The notes under the pieces were generated by a model. The model was not told where the DNA came from, did not search any database, and saw only the letters and a program-made list of their open reading frames with translations. This document shows positions 13,201 through 25,565 of a DNA stretch of 64,000 bases, one piece after another; position 1 is the first letter of the stretch, and every line of letters starts with the position of its first letter. Origin of the DNA: Octopus vulgaris (lineage: Eukaryota); NCBI GenBank assembly GCA_951406725.2, contig OX597818.1, positions 79,980,001-80,044,000 on the forward strand, read 5' to 3'. The position numbers and the translations under genes are program-made.

Positions 13201-14241
13201 GTTTGTAACTGTATTCTCCTTTTCAATGGCTGAAATGATAAAATAAAATGAAACGTTACGCTACCAAGCGTTATGAAAAATATTGGTCATCAACTTATAT
13301 TTTGTTTCTCTCGCTATATATTGGTCCTTTCTGCCTCCTATCGACTACATCGGACATAATGACAGACAGTCACATATCCCTTTGATTGCAGGTTTTGTAT
13401 GGCGATGTTCCATCATTATATCATTTAGAGCTAATACTACTAAGGGTGCTAGGGTCATTGATCTTCCCAAGATTTGTGTAGTTCTCTGGGGTTTTCATCG
13501 GTCTTTAAACTTCAAGCAGCAATAAATATATTCGCTCGGGATTCACAGTTTTAGTAACTTTCTTGAAGAAACCCAGAAGAAACTTGTATCAGTCTATTAA
13601 ATCTACCGAATAATTAGTTGTTACTAGAGTTAATCGAGTCTTCAAGGTTGAGAGGCAAACTGATCCTATTTTAACCTGTTTGATGATCCTTCAATTTAAT
13701 TATTGCTATTGTGCATACTTTTACAGCTAATTATATATTTACACAATTCAATTGGGTAGAATAATGATCGCTTTTGGGAAACTGAAATTATATTCAATGT
13801 TTAGTAAGCTATAGAATGTTTTGAAGAGATCTCCCAATAAATCTTCATTTTTCTCATAAAATTGTAAGTTTATCGTTATTACGCTTTTGTGTATGTTATG
13901 TTAGAATTTATTCATTACGAAGCCATTTTATTTCTCCATTAAAAATATTCACTTTTGTATATTTTCCTGGTAATTCTTTCGCTGTTTCTTAGGTCAGTTA
14001 GTATGAGACTATATTTATACTGAGAAATCTAAATAAGGGCAAAACATATTCAAAGTTCTCTCCCGTTAAATTCATCGATTGATATATTTTTTACCACCTA
14101 ATATCTTGTGTTCTGAAAAAAAAATACTGGCAGGAGGTGCAGTCGTCTTTCATCCTATCTCAGTCTTGGTCAATTACTGGTTCTCTAGAAATCTAAAGGG
14201 TGTCTTTGTGTACAGTTCCCATCTTTGTGATGAGGCCGCTG

Positions 14242-14315
<74 letters not shown>

Positions 14316-14399
14316 ACACACACACACACAACCAGTCAAGAAATGTAGTTCAGATTGTTAGCACTGCTCTACATGTGTTCTATAACCAACAGTATATGT

Positions 14400-14625
14400 A
14401 CCATGTCACTACCAACACTGTACACCACATGTATCTGCGTCACCAACCTATGTATCTGTATCCCAACATTACATCTGTCCGTTCATGACACCACATGTGT
14501 ATATATACCAACACTACATGTGTCAGTGCAACAAACTGCATGTTTCCACGCCACCGATACTAGATGTCCCGTGCACCAACACTGTATGTGCCCCTGTCAT
14601 CAACATTGTAAGTGTCCACGGCACA
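14400..14625 (+). repeat. Diverged ~23-bp minisatellite
   Basis: Recurrent ACCAACACTRYATGTGTCC-like unit. Confidence 0.6.
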
Positions 14626-14890
14626 CAACTTCACATCACAAGCTCTATGAGTATCACGTGTGATTATAGTCCAGTGTTTGAAACACCTGTATTGTTCTGG
14701 AATTGGTCATTAATTTTTAGTGAATCAAACACCAGAACAGTTTAGTTACAAAGCGACTTCCTGATCCACATAGTCACCCCTGAGTCCATAAGTCCCATGT
14801 CTTTAAAGTGTCTAATGTAATGTAGTCCTGCACTTCTTTTAACATTATTAATATCGTTGGAGTATTGAATGTCTCTCTTGTCAACTTTAG

Positions 14891-15013
14891 ACATCGATGA
14901 ATGCAAACAGAGCCAACGTCTCTGTGACCAGCTCTGTATCAATACCCAGGGGAGTTATGTGTGCTCATGCAAACCTGGATATTACCTCAGCCCTGATGGA
15001 CGAACTTGCACAG
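14891..15013 (+). CDS. SCUBE: SCUBE exon (cbEGF 3)
   Basis: TTTAG acceptor, G|GTGAGT donor, 123 bp. [41 protein letters not shown]. Confidence 0.93.
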
Positions 15014-16151
15014 GTGAGTTATATTACTATAATGTATTTTTAAAATCTAACCAGTATAAATCAGTGAAATCATGAACATTGTCGATGAATTAGCAAATAG
15101 ACCTCTGTGAAACATCTGTAATATATCTTATTCGAAATAAGCTACAAACACAATATATCTTTTGTCGTATCTCGATTTCATTATACCACTAGCTCTTTCT
15201 ACTCACTACAATAGGCACAAGGCCTGAAATTTTTAAGAGAATGAGCTAGTCGATTACATCAACCCCTGTGTTCCGCTGATGCTTATTTCATTGATCTCGA
15301 AAGGATTAACGGCAAAGTCAGCTTCGACGAAATTTGAACTCAGGGCGTACAGCAGGGAGAACTGCCGCCAAGCATCTTGTCCGTGTTGTAACGATTCTGC
15401 TAGGTCACTGTCTTCATTATGCAAAAATAAACACTTGCACTAGTTCTGTTTCACTATTTTCATTATCATTAGTCAATTGCTTAACCATTTAACCAATTAA
15501 CTAATCGACTGTTTTATTAATCGTTCAGTTAAGCTCTCCAGTTGGTAAAGTATGAGTGGCTAAGGGACGATAGTCGTAATTAGAATCTCGGCCTCCTCAA
15601 AAAAAGGAATTTCCAAACAGACTTGTATTTGTAGGTACGTATGCGTGCATGTACATATAAGTGCGTGGAGTTATAACTATATATATATATATTCTTTTGC
15701 ACGTTTCAGCCCTAAGGCTGTGCCCGTGCTGGAGTACCGCCAGTATATATATATATATACGCACACACACACACACATGCATATATATAGAATGAGTACA
15801 AAGAATAAGTCCTGTGGTCGATTTGCTCGACTAAAGGTGGTGCTCCAGCATGGCCGCAATCAAATGACTGAACCAAGTAAAAGAATAAAAGAATAAATAT
15901 AATGTTATATTATATATACACTCATAGTTATATATACATGTGTGTGCATGAGCGTATGAGTGTATGTATGTGTTGTAGCGTGAAGGTAGGTAGTTGACTG
16001 TGTATGTGTATGTGTGTAAGAGAGAGAGAGAGAAGGAAAGAGAGAGAGAGAGAGAGAGAGCAAGAAGAAAGAGAAAATTGATGTCAACGATTCTAAACTC
16101 TTCAGTTTATATCGTTATATTTCAACGTCACAATTTGCTTCTGTCTTTCAG

Positions 16152-16271
16152 CCGACTCTAAATGTCACCGAGCCTTCGGTTGTGCTCAGATCTGCAGACC
16201 AATGACACAAGGGCATCATTGTGCCTGTCTGAAGGGGTACCGCTTGCATCCTAATCGGAGGGATTGCATTC
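16152..16271 (+). CDS. SCUBE: SCUBE exon (EGF 4)
   Basis: TTTCAG acceptor, C|GTAAGT donor, 120 bp. ADSKCHRAFGCAQICRPMTQGHHCACLKGYRLHPNRRDCI. Not in the ORF track. Confidence 0.9.
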
Positions 16272-17046
16272 GTAAGTAGGTAGTCTATGTCTACAGCTTT
16301 ATTTTCTTTTGAAAGCAGTTCATACTTTAGCATTTCGTGGCATTCACAGTGATACGGAGACTGCCAAACCAGGATGTTTTTTCTCTCTTCAGTAATTACT
16401 ATCCATGTTTCTAACACTGCCAGACCAAAAGAAGGAGGGAAAAAATTCTACATGGTCGCTCGATCTGCGAGAAATAATAGCTAACTCCGTCTCAGCCACA
16501 CTTTATCGTCTTAAAAAAATGAAGGATGCATTGGACAATACAGTCTGCAGTACTTTATGCTAGAAATAAAGTTGGGATATTTACAGCTGGAATGCTTTCG
16601 ATCACAGGGTCTGTTTGGTCAGGCCTGACCTGGGGTTAAACGCAACAGCAAAAACAAGAACAAGGAAGTGTTGGAAAAGACACCACCCTATATAAAATAG
16701 TAACACACACGCACACACACACATACACACACGCACGCACATACACAGACACACACACATGTATATATATATATATACATATATATATATGAAACGAAAA
16801 ATAGTTACACGAGATTTGGCTCTGAAAGTACACTTTTCTGCATAAAAATAACGAATAAAGACAGGAAGAGCCAACACATGGCAAACAGAAATCATTAACA
16901 AAGTTAACTCGCTTATTACTATTAGATACTTGTTAATATTAACTTCACAAATCATTGCAAACATACAAGTATGCCAATGCACACACCACACATACACAGG
17001 CATAAATATACACATACATATATAGATGAATATGTGGTATTTTGTG

Positions 17047-17106
<60 letters not shown>

Positions 17107-17561
17107 GAGTGATATGCATCACAACCATGTGTGCGCGATATGGTGATCTCATATCAAGATAAACAGCGCATGACCTTACAGGTGGAGCCCAGTTAGAATT
17201 TTCTTCAGGTCGAGTAACCCATCCCGCACAAAAGGTCCCTGAATAAGTATTGTTTAAGGATGTTGAACGAACCACTCATGTTTCCCAAGGTGAATTATCC
17301 AAACCTCTGAGAATTCCTTTCAACACATGGCTATGCTGCTCCCCCACTACGTCTGCTCATGATCAGAGATGCACATATCGTCAGCCACAAAGGGACATAG
17401 TCAACTGGTTAAGGTCAAACAACTGACAAGCAGATCTGTGGTACTGAGCAGAATATTTGCTGAAGCAGCATCTTTTATACCAAGACAGAACAATGTACAT
17501 GATAGCGCTTCCAATCAGTTAAGATCAGAAGCGACGAGAGCATCAGGGCATTATTATTATT

Positions 17562-17593
<32 letters not shown>

Positions 17594-17601
17594 CGTCGTC
17601 A

Positions 17602-17669
<68 letters not shown>

Positions 17670-17671
<2 letters not shown>

Positions 17672-17910
17672 GGCGGGGTTCCAACTCGGGCCTCAGCAAC
17701 GAAGTCCACCTGCCACACTTCTCGGTACAACATCATTGCATCGAGGTCCTGGATATAATCCAGGCCAGCGTCTACTATCAAGTTGTCAATGTAAGTGTGA
17801 CGACGTTTTCCTCTTCTTCCATCACCATAAAATAGGTTTCACAAAGCTAATTCGGATTCTTCCAGTTCAGGGTGGCGCACGCAGTGACAAGACAGTCGCA
17901 GCTTATCTGG
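17670..17910 (-). mobile_element. RTE-like LINE 3' end with (TAA)n tail
   Basis: Minus strand translates LRLSCHCVRHPELEESELAL*NLFYGDGRRGKRRHTYIDNLIVDAGL...MMLYREVW, then (TAA)n. Confidence 0.65.
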
Positions 17911-18231
17911 TCACTGGTTGTGTCTTAAGACTTCAGTATAAACAAGAAGGAAAACGGTAAAAGAATTCATACTAACTGTAGAGTTTCAAAATATTTTTAT
18001 TGAAGCTTGAAATTCAAATTTCGTATCTCTGGGTTTTATGTCTCCGATCTTGGATCAAAATCTAAGAAATGATTTAGAATAATAAGAAAATTCAGATAAC
18101 GAAAACAAACACAAATCATTTGATTCGATACATGGGCAAAAATGTGTGTGTGTGTGTATGTGTGTGTATATGTGTGTGATATGAAGTTCAACAAGTAGCA
18201 CAGTTAAGAGAGTAAATAAATTAATATAATA

Positions 18232-18507
18232 AAAACCACAAAAAGTCATGTGAAATACAGCTACCCGGGGTTTCTGGCAGAAATATCAATTTATTTTGCT
18301 ACATATCAAGCTGGTAAAAATAACAAGACCATTGCTCTCTGTCTTTTTCTGAAGACGCGTGCTCATTCAAAACTCAATTACATCGAGCGCAGTTTCTAAA
18401 CCGCCTTGTTTTTACCAGCTTGAAAAGTAACATAGATGATAAAATAAATTATTATTTCGGCCAGGAAACCCTGGGAAGATGTATTTCACAAGACATTTTG
18501 TAATTTT
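18232..18507. mobile_element. MITE-like element with long diverged inverted arms
   Basis: GTGAAATACA..GGGTTTCTGGC..GAAAT..AATTTATTTT..TCAAGCTGGTAAAAA is mirrored by TTTTTACCAGCTTGA..AAAATAAATT..ATTTC.GCCAGGAAACCC..TGTATTTCAC. Confidence 0.6.
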
Positions 18508-18817
18508 TAACATAATGTGTATGTGTGTATTTATATATGTATCTACATATAAATGTACACACGCAAAATGTGTGTGTGTTAAATGGAGAAACGGTGGCGA
18601 GTGACAATTCTGTAAATAATAATTATAAACTTAAAACTAGTAAGCATTCACCGCGTATTGACTAAAGAAAATAGTCTAATATTGGGGCATACATGCCCTT
18701 GACAGAAAAAACCACCCACTTTTTCCGGTCGAGAGCTTATATGCCCCAGTATTAAACTACTTTCTTTAACCAATACACGGTGATCGCTTATAAGCTTTAC
18801 GCATTTTATTATTGTTA

Positions 18818-18898
<81 letters not shown>

Positions 18899-19316
18899 GT
18901 TTGGCAAAGATGACTCCAAGACTCACCCAGGGACCACAAGAGACAATAAGTTAGAAGTTCAAGTTGGTGTTATGACTAGGGTGCCATATTTTTGGTTTTG
19001 CAAAGAGTATTGTTCTAGAGAATGCCTGTCAAAACATAAGAAAATTAGAAATTCGTTTCAAAAGTAATTTGATTATAAGACGATAGTGTGATCTTAAGAT
19101 GATAGTAAAAGGCGTTTGCTATTATGTACATTTAAAAGTACTTTTGACGATATTTACAGATTAAAATGTTTTGGGGATTGCATAGACAATATTTTTCGTA
19201 GGATATGAGCAGTTCCCATGAGCACTATCTTTTTTTTAAATTTCTTTCATTAGAGAAGTTCGTATGAACACTATTTTTTAAATTTCTTCCATTGAGCAGT
19301 TCCCATGATCACTTCC

Positions 19317-19388
<72 letters not shown>

Positions 19389-19412
19389 CATCATCATCAT
19401 CGTTATATATAC

Positions 19413-19466
<54 letters not shown>

Positions 19467-20941
19467 ATTCGTGTATATAAATATATGCGAACGTCGAATT
19501 GTGTCGAACGAATGACAGACATGTGCTCAATACATGTTATCGATTTTAAGGTTTATTGAAATGATGTTTATCACGTGACTTGAGTTCAATAAACTATGAT
19601 CTTCAGTCGAGAACGGTAACAACTCAGATTGTTGATATATTCGTATTAGTTTGTGTAGATGTCTGTTACGTGTCTGATCCTGTTCTACCTTTTTGCATTT
19701 TCTGATTAGATTTTTTTTTTGCTTTGTCATTAGTTAATTTGCTGATGAGGGAGCGTGATTTTAATTTCTTTTGTTGTTTTGCTTTCATTGCCTTATTTTT
19801 ATTGGAGTCCATGTTTACCGGAGTTATCTGCTAATATAATTAACGCTGTTTATATGTTTTTTCGTCAAGTTTAATTTGATATGCATCGTATGATGTTTGT
19901 AAATATTTCTTTATCGTCTTTTTAATGAAACTTTTGTTTTGGGATAAACTTTAGAAATTTTTAATGATACTTTGTGTGAGAGTGATCCTTGTAAATTTAA
20001 CTGTAAAATTCATTAAGGGCGTATCTATTTATGGAGATGTTTAGAAGTCTCTGATATTCTACGTAGTATTTCATGATTGAGTATCTTTTACAAATGTTTT
20101 TGGAGATTTGTTTTGATCAAGAATGAAGAAGTTTTTATATGAAGTAGAAAGTCTGGTGTGATTTATTGAAATTCTCTATCAAACGAATAAAAGATTGATT
20201 GCTTAATTCACTGGAGAGCATTGTAAATATTTTGGTGGATTAGTATGCGTGTGTGTATGTATGAGTAAGACGTTTATTTTTATCTGCTCTATTAATAGAT
20301 ACTGTCCAGTGTATATGTATGTTTGCATGTGTGCTTTGGCAAAGGTCTGTTTTGAATTTATTTATATGTATAGGTATGCTGCTAGCATACATTTAATTTA
20401 GGTCGGCTGTTTGTCGTTCGATTCTTGTGGGTACAATTTTTGTTGCATTTGTATGTTTTGGACAAAGTTCTTTTATTTTCATTAGTTTTTGTATATGTAT
20501 GAGTGTGGTATATGTATAGTTAATTTAAGTTGAATGTTTACAGTTCGATTCTTGAGGTGGAGGGCTGTCTAGTTGTGTTTGGAGTTCGTGCCTCGTGCCA
20601 TCTTTGAAGATGAATTTATTTTGATGTTTGCATGGTGACATTATCTCTTATATCTTCTTTAGTGCGTGTTTTATATTTTTATGTGGTAGATAAAGGAAGA
20701 TTCCTGAGCCATTTATAGATAATGGTGCGCAGTCTGTTATATCTGGATGATGGTGCGCAGTCTATTTTGTATTCTCAGTAAAGTTTTCCTTTAACTTTTA
20801 GATTAGTTGCGCTCAGGTTTTGTGATGTCACTCTGATCTTATGCTGAATGTAATTGTTCTTTTGGCGACGAAGTATTTTTCCTGATTGCAATTGTCGCAG
20901 AAGTTTGAACAGTGATGTACTTGCCACGTAAGAAAGAGAGT

Positions 20942-20972
<31 letters not shown>

Positions 20973-21187
20973 CAGATAAAGAGCAAGAGAGAGAGAAGAA
21001 AAGAGAGAAAGACGATTGATAGAATTGTTAGACCGTCGATAAAATTGCATTGATGCTTTTGCTGTGGCTCTCTACACTCTAACTTTAGTGTAAGCTCTTT
21101 TTCAAGTATTCGGCCGGATCTCTAATTTAAGGCCACCTCTCTCCCGCTTAATACACATACACACATGCATACATACACACACGCACA

Positions 21188-21232
<45 letters not shown>

Positions 21233-21342
21233 GTATATATATATATACAGAGAGAGATGGCATATATATACATATATATATATTTCGTTTTTAGATTTGG
21301 TTTGCAAGATTCTTTATGTGAGTTCCTGTGTTGAAGCATATT

Positions 21343-21590
21343 CTATTGTATCTGGGAAGAATCATTTTCTTTTTGTGCTTTATAATTTAACACACTCACC
21401 GGTAAAATTTCCACTTATTTCTTATTTTCATTTTCCTAAAATTTTCGTTGCGTCTTGCAACCTTTTCGAAAAGGTTGCTAGACGCAAATAAAATTCTAGG
21501 AAAAAAAAAAAGAAATAAGTGGAAATTTTACCGGTGAGTTTGTTAAATTATAAGGCACAAAAGGAAAATGACTCTACCCAGACACAATAG
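21343..21590. repeat. Spacerless palindrome, ~125-bp arms
   Basis: Centre GCAACCTTTTC|GAAAAGGTTGC at 21467/21468. Arms match out to CTATTG/CAATAG with scattered mismatches. Confidence 0.88.
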
Positions 21591-21603
21591 TATATATATA
21601 TAT

Positions 21604-21652
<49 letters not shown>

Positions 21653-21874
21653 ATATATACCATTCTGTGTAACATACTTAACGTGAATATACGGTAGAAA
21701 GCCTCAAATCAGTAGTATTCGTCTAAAAACTATAGATGTATATATAACATATACGTACGTATAACAGATGCTGTCGGGATACGAATATCACAGTTTTGTA
21801 ATTTTCTACAGTATATCCAAGTTAAGTAAGAATAGAATACTATTTTGAACTAATACTACTTCTATCGCAAATAC

Positions 21875-21957
<83 letters not shown>

Positions 21958-21986
21958 ACACACACTCAAATATCTTGCTTATTTTA

Positions 21987-22373
21987 GGCGCAGGCGTAGC
22001 TGTGTGGTGAGAAGTTTGCTTCCCGACCACATGGTTCCGGGTTCAGTCCCACTGCGTGGCAGCTTGGGCAAGTGTCTTCTATTATTGTATCGAGTCGACC
22101 AAAGCCACATGAGTGGATTTGCCAGACGGAAACTAAAAGAAGCCCGTCGTATGTTTGTGTGTGTGTGTCTTTGTGTCTATGTTTGTCCTCCACCACTGCT
22201 AGTGTATTTTAATCGCAGTAACTTAGCGGTTCAGTGAAAGACACGGATAGAATAAGTACCAGGCTTTAAAAAAGAGCAAATACTGGGGTCAATTCGTTCG
22301 ACTAAATAATTCTTCAAAATGGTACCACAGCATGGCCGTAGAATAATGACTGAAACAACTAAAAGATTAAAGA
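21987..22373 (+). mobile_element. SINE family A copy
   Basis: Colinear with 7706-8119. Confidence 0.8.
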
Positions 22374-23293
22374 TTTATACACACGTAAGTATATGCAAAC
22401 TAATATACAGAGTACAGTAAACATTCTCAGATTCCCCACCATAGTTAATAAGCATATAATCTTTAAATGCACGGTGTGTACTAATCCATCAACCCAATCC
22501 ATGATGGTAACTGAACAAAAATGATAAAATACTAGCTACATGAAGACACCATTTTCACTTTCGTAACTTTACTAGTATCACATGAATCGTCGTATAAAAC
22601 ATGTGGAGGTTTTCTATCGCACCTTGTACATATATACTTTTGCATTCTTACGTTTTAAAAAATATATTCGCAGACATAAATTTCGTAATTGGATTATGTT
22701 AAACAAATTCCGTTAAAACGTCTACGGAAAATTCAACAGATTATGCAAGTGAACAAATTTTGAAAACAGTAAACATTCTTTTCAATGTGTCCACGAGTTT
22801 TTTTATTATTATTTATTCTTTGCCATTGGTGAATAAACTTCTTAACGAAAACCAAAAACAGATTTCATCAAAAAAATTATTCTTCTAGTCTATTAAATAA
22901 ACGTTTACATTATCTGTTACTTAATGAATTTACCTTGCAAGAAGACTATACATAACACTGGCTTATGTTTATTTAAATGTCGTCTGCTATTCATATTATT
23001 TTGCATCTGGCAAAAAAAAATGGCGGCGAAAAAATTCACTAAATTTACTTCCGGTCTCTTAATGGACTTGATGCTTCTGTTGGTGGATCTACAAAACTGT
23101 CTACTTTACTTTTTCTTTTTCTCCGAATCCAAAGCAAAAACAAAGAAAAAGAGGGATTTTGATTGTTAGCCAATTTCCATATTTCCATAATAAACACGCG
23201 TTTACGTATGTTGTGCTATGTGGATATGTACATACACACACATAAACACACATTCATACTTACGCAAATACATACAAACACACTCACACACTC

Positions 23294-23351
<58 letters not shown>

Positions 23352-23516
23352 TGTGTGTGTGTGTGTGAGTGTGTGTGTGTGTGCAGGAAAATTCTTTAAA
23401 CAAAGATCAAGGGGACCAAAAATCCAAACAAAATGCGAATTAAGTGTAACTGTAGAGTTATATTTTGCAGGTTCCTTTGCTAAGACAATAAATCTGTAAA
23501 ATATAGCTACATATAG

Positions 23517-23569
<53 letters not shown>

Positions 23570-23588
23570 TGCATATATACATAAACAT

Positions 23589-23627
<39 letters not shown>

Positions 23628-23699
23628 CGTATATATAAATATATATATGTATATATATATGTATATACGTGTATATATATATATATATATATATACGTA

Positions 23700-23746
<47 letters not shown>

Positions 23747-23847
23747 ACAATTGAGGGTAAAATTAATTAATTAATCAATTTCACCAAGTGTTCAGTATGT
23801 AAAAGGACCATTTAAGGCGAATTCAAAATATTACATTATATAATTAG

Positions 23848-24524
23848 GGCTTAGTAAAATAAATTACTTTGCCACATACTGAACTTAGTAGAAATAGCAG
23901 CCAAAAAAAATTTTCTTAGCATTTCTACTACTTAAAAGAAAATTTCTCTCAGATAATGTTTACTCCAGACAGCCCACGAAGGTTTGGAGGTAAATACAGA
24001 AAAATATCACAAGTACATAGATCGTTTGAGTACGTCAACTTGTCGCTTCAGATGAATCACTCCAACTAACAGTATCAACAAATTCAAAATGCGCAGGCGT
24101 AAATCTCTGCAATCCCCTTCCACCACGTGGTCTATCTAGCAAACATTATATTTTAACCGCGAGAACCGAGGCAGTATGACCTTGAATTTTTTGATACTGT
24201 TAGTTGGAGTGATTCATCTGAAGCGACAAGTTCGCTGATAGGTAAAGTTCCTTCTTTTTACTGTTTCCAAATCCAAATTATGAAATTTTGAGCTGACGAA
24301 AGAAATGCTGATTTTATTTGGCTAATCTTGAAACGTTGACGTACTCAAACGATCTATGTACTTGTGATATTTTTCTGTATTTACCTCCAAACCTTCGTGG
24401 GCTGTCTGGAGTAAACATTATCTGAGAGAAATTTTCTTTTAAGTAGTAGAAATGCTAAGAAAATTTTTTTGGCTGCTATTTCTACTAAGTTCAGTATGTG
24501 GCAAAGTAATTTATTTTACTAAGC

Positions 24525-24525
<1 letters not shown>
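23848..24525. repeat. Long inverted repeat, Penelope-like pLTR arrangement between (TA)n tracts
   Basis: 23848-24039 is the reverse complement of 24335-24525, and 24040-24087 is the reverse complement of ~24182-24229. Arms are nearly identical. Confidence 0.9.
24287..24349 (+). ncRNA. Minimal type I hammerhead ribozyme motif, intact core
   Basis: Stem I TTTGAG/CTCAAA; CTGACGA; stem II AAGA/TCTT; GAAA; short stem III ACGT-TG-ACGT; GUA cleavage triplet after 24343. Confidence 0.8.
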
Positions 24526-24603
<78 letters not shown>

Positions 24604-24637
24604 GCATATATATATATGCATATATATATATATGTGT

Positions 24638-25023
24638 GTGTGGTAAGTAGCTTGCTTACCAACCACATGGTTCCGGATTCAGTCACACTGCGTGGCACCT
24701 TGGGCAAGTGTCTTCTACTATAGCCTCGGGCCGACCAAAGCCTTGTCAGTGGATTTAGTAGACGGAAAGTGAAAGAAGCCCGTCGTATATATGTATATAT
24801 ATATATGTGTGTGTGTATGTTTGCGTGTCTGTGTTTGTCCCCCTAGCATTGCTTGACAACCGATGCTGGTGTGTTTACGTCCCCGTCACTTAGCGGTTCG
24901 GCAAAGAGACCGATAGAATAAGTACTGGGCTTACAAAGAATAAGTCTCTGGGTCGATTTGCTCGACTAAAGGCGGTGCTTCAGCATGGCCGCAGTCAAAT
25001 GATTGAAACAAGTAAAAGAGAGT
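24638..25023 (+). mobile_element. SINE family A copy
   Basis: High identity to 7706-8119. Confidence 0.85.
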
Positions 25024-25487
25024 ATATATATAAGTACTTTGCAATAGATATCCTCCAAATAGAGCTTAGAGAAATCTCAATTTTAAACTTAAGTTCTACA
25101 TCGGTCTTAAGGTAGTGCGGAGACAGTCTGCTCTAAGTTCGATTGCCATACAGTGGTTATTAAAGTCGGAAAGCGGTTCTTCTGATGAGCTAATGAGGAT
25201 ATTATGAGTTTATTGTACGGAGTTATCAACATTCGTGCTCGTAGACATCTTTTTTCTTTTTTTGCTTTTATATTTTGCTATTATATTTTGCTATAATATC
25301 GATTCAATATACGACTTCCTTACCTAATATACATGGTTATATCAACAAGTCATCGATTATCTGAAGCACCTATAAACAAGACTTGATTTAGTATGCCATT
25401 TGTATATGCAACGTTTCATCTATATACGTTCCTTACCCCTATTACTGCTTGTCTATGTGTCTACTTAGACAGACAGACAGACAGATT

Positions 25488-25565
<78 letters not shown>

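Noticed and set aside
12522-13208. 228-aa ORF that looks like a hydrophobic leader plus EGF
   Set aside because: Only 13078-13200 is exon. The rest is an intronic triplet island read through in frame.
19742-19830. Isolated CTGATGA boxes (also near 25183, 29803 and 60240)
   Set aside because: No stem II followed by GAAA at a compatible position.
24230-24334. Segment missing from the inverted arm as a spliced-out intron
   Set aside because: Boundaries are not GT-AG on either strand. A GTT microhomology explains the deletion better.
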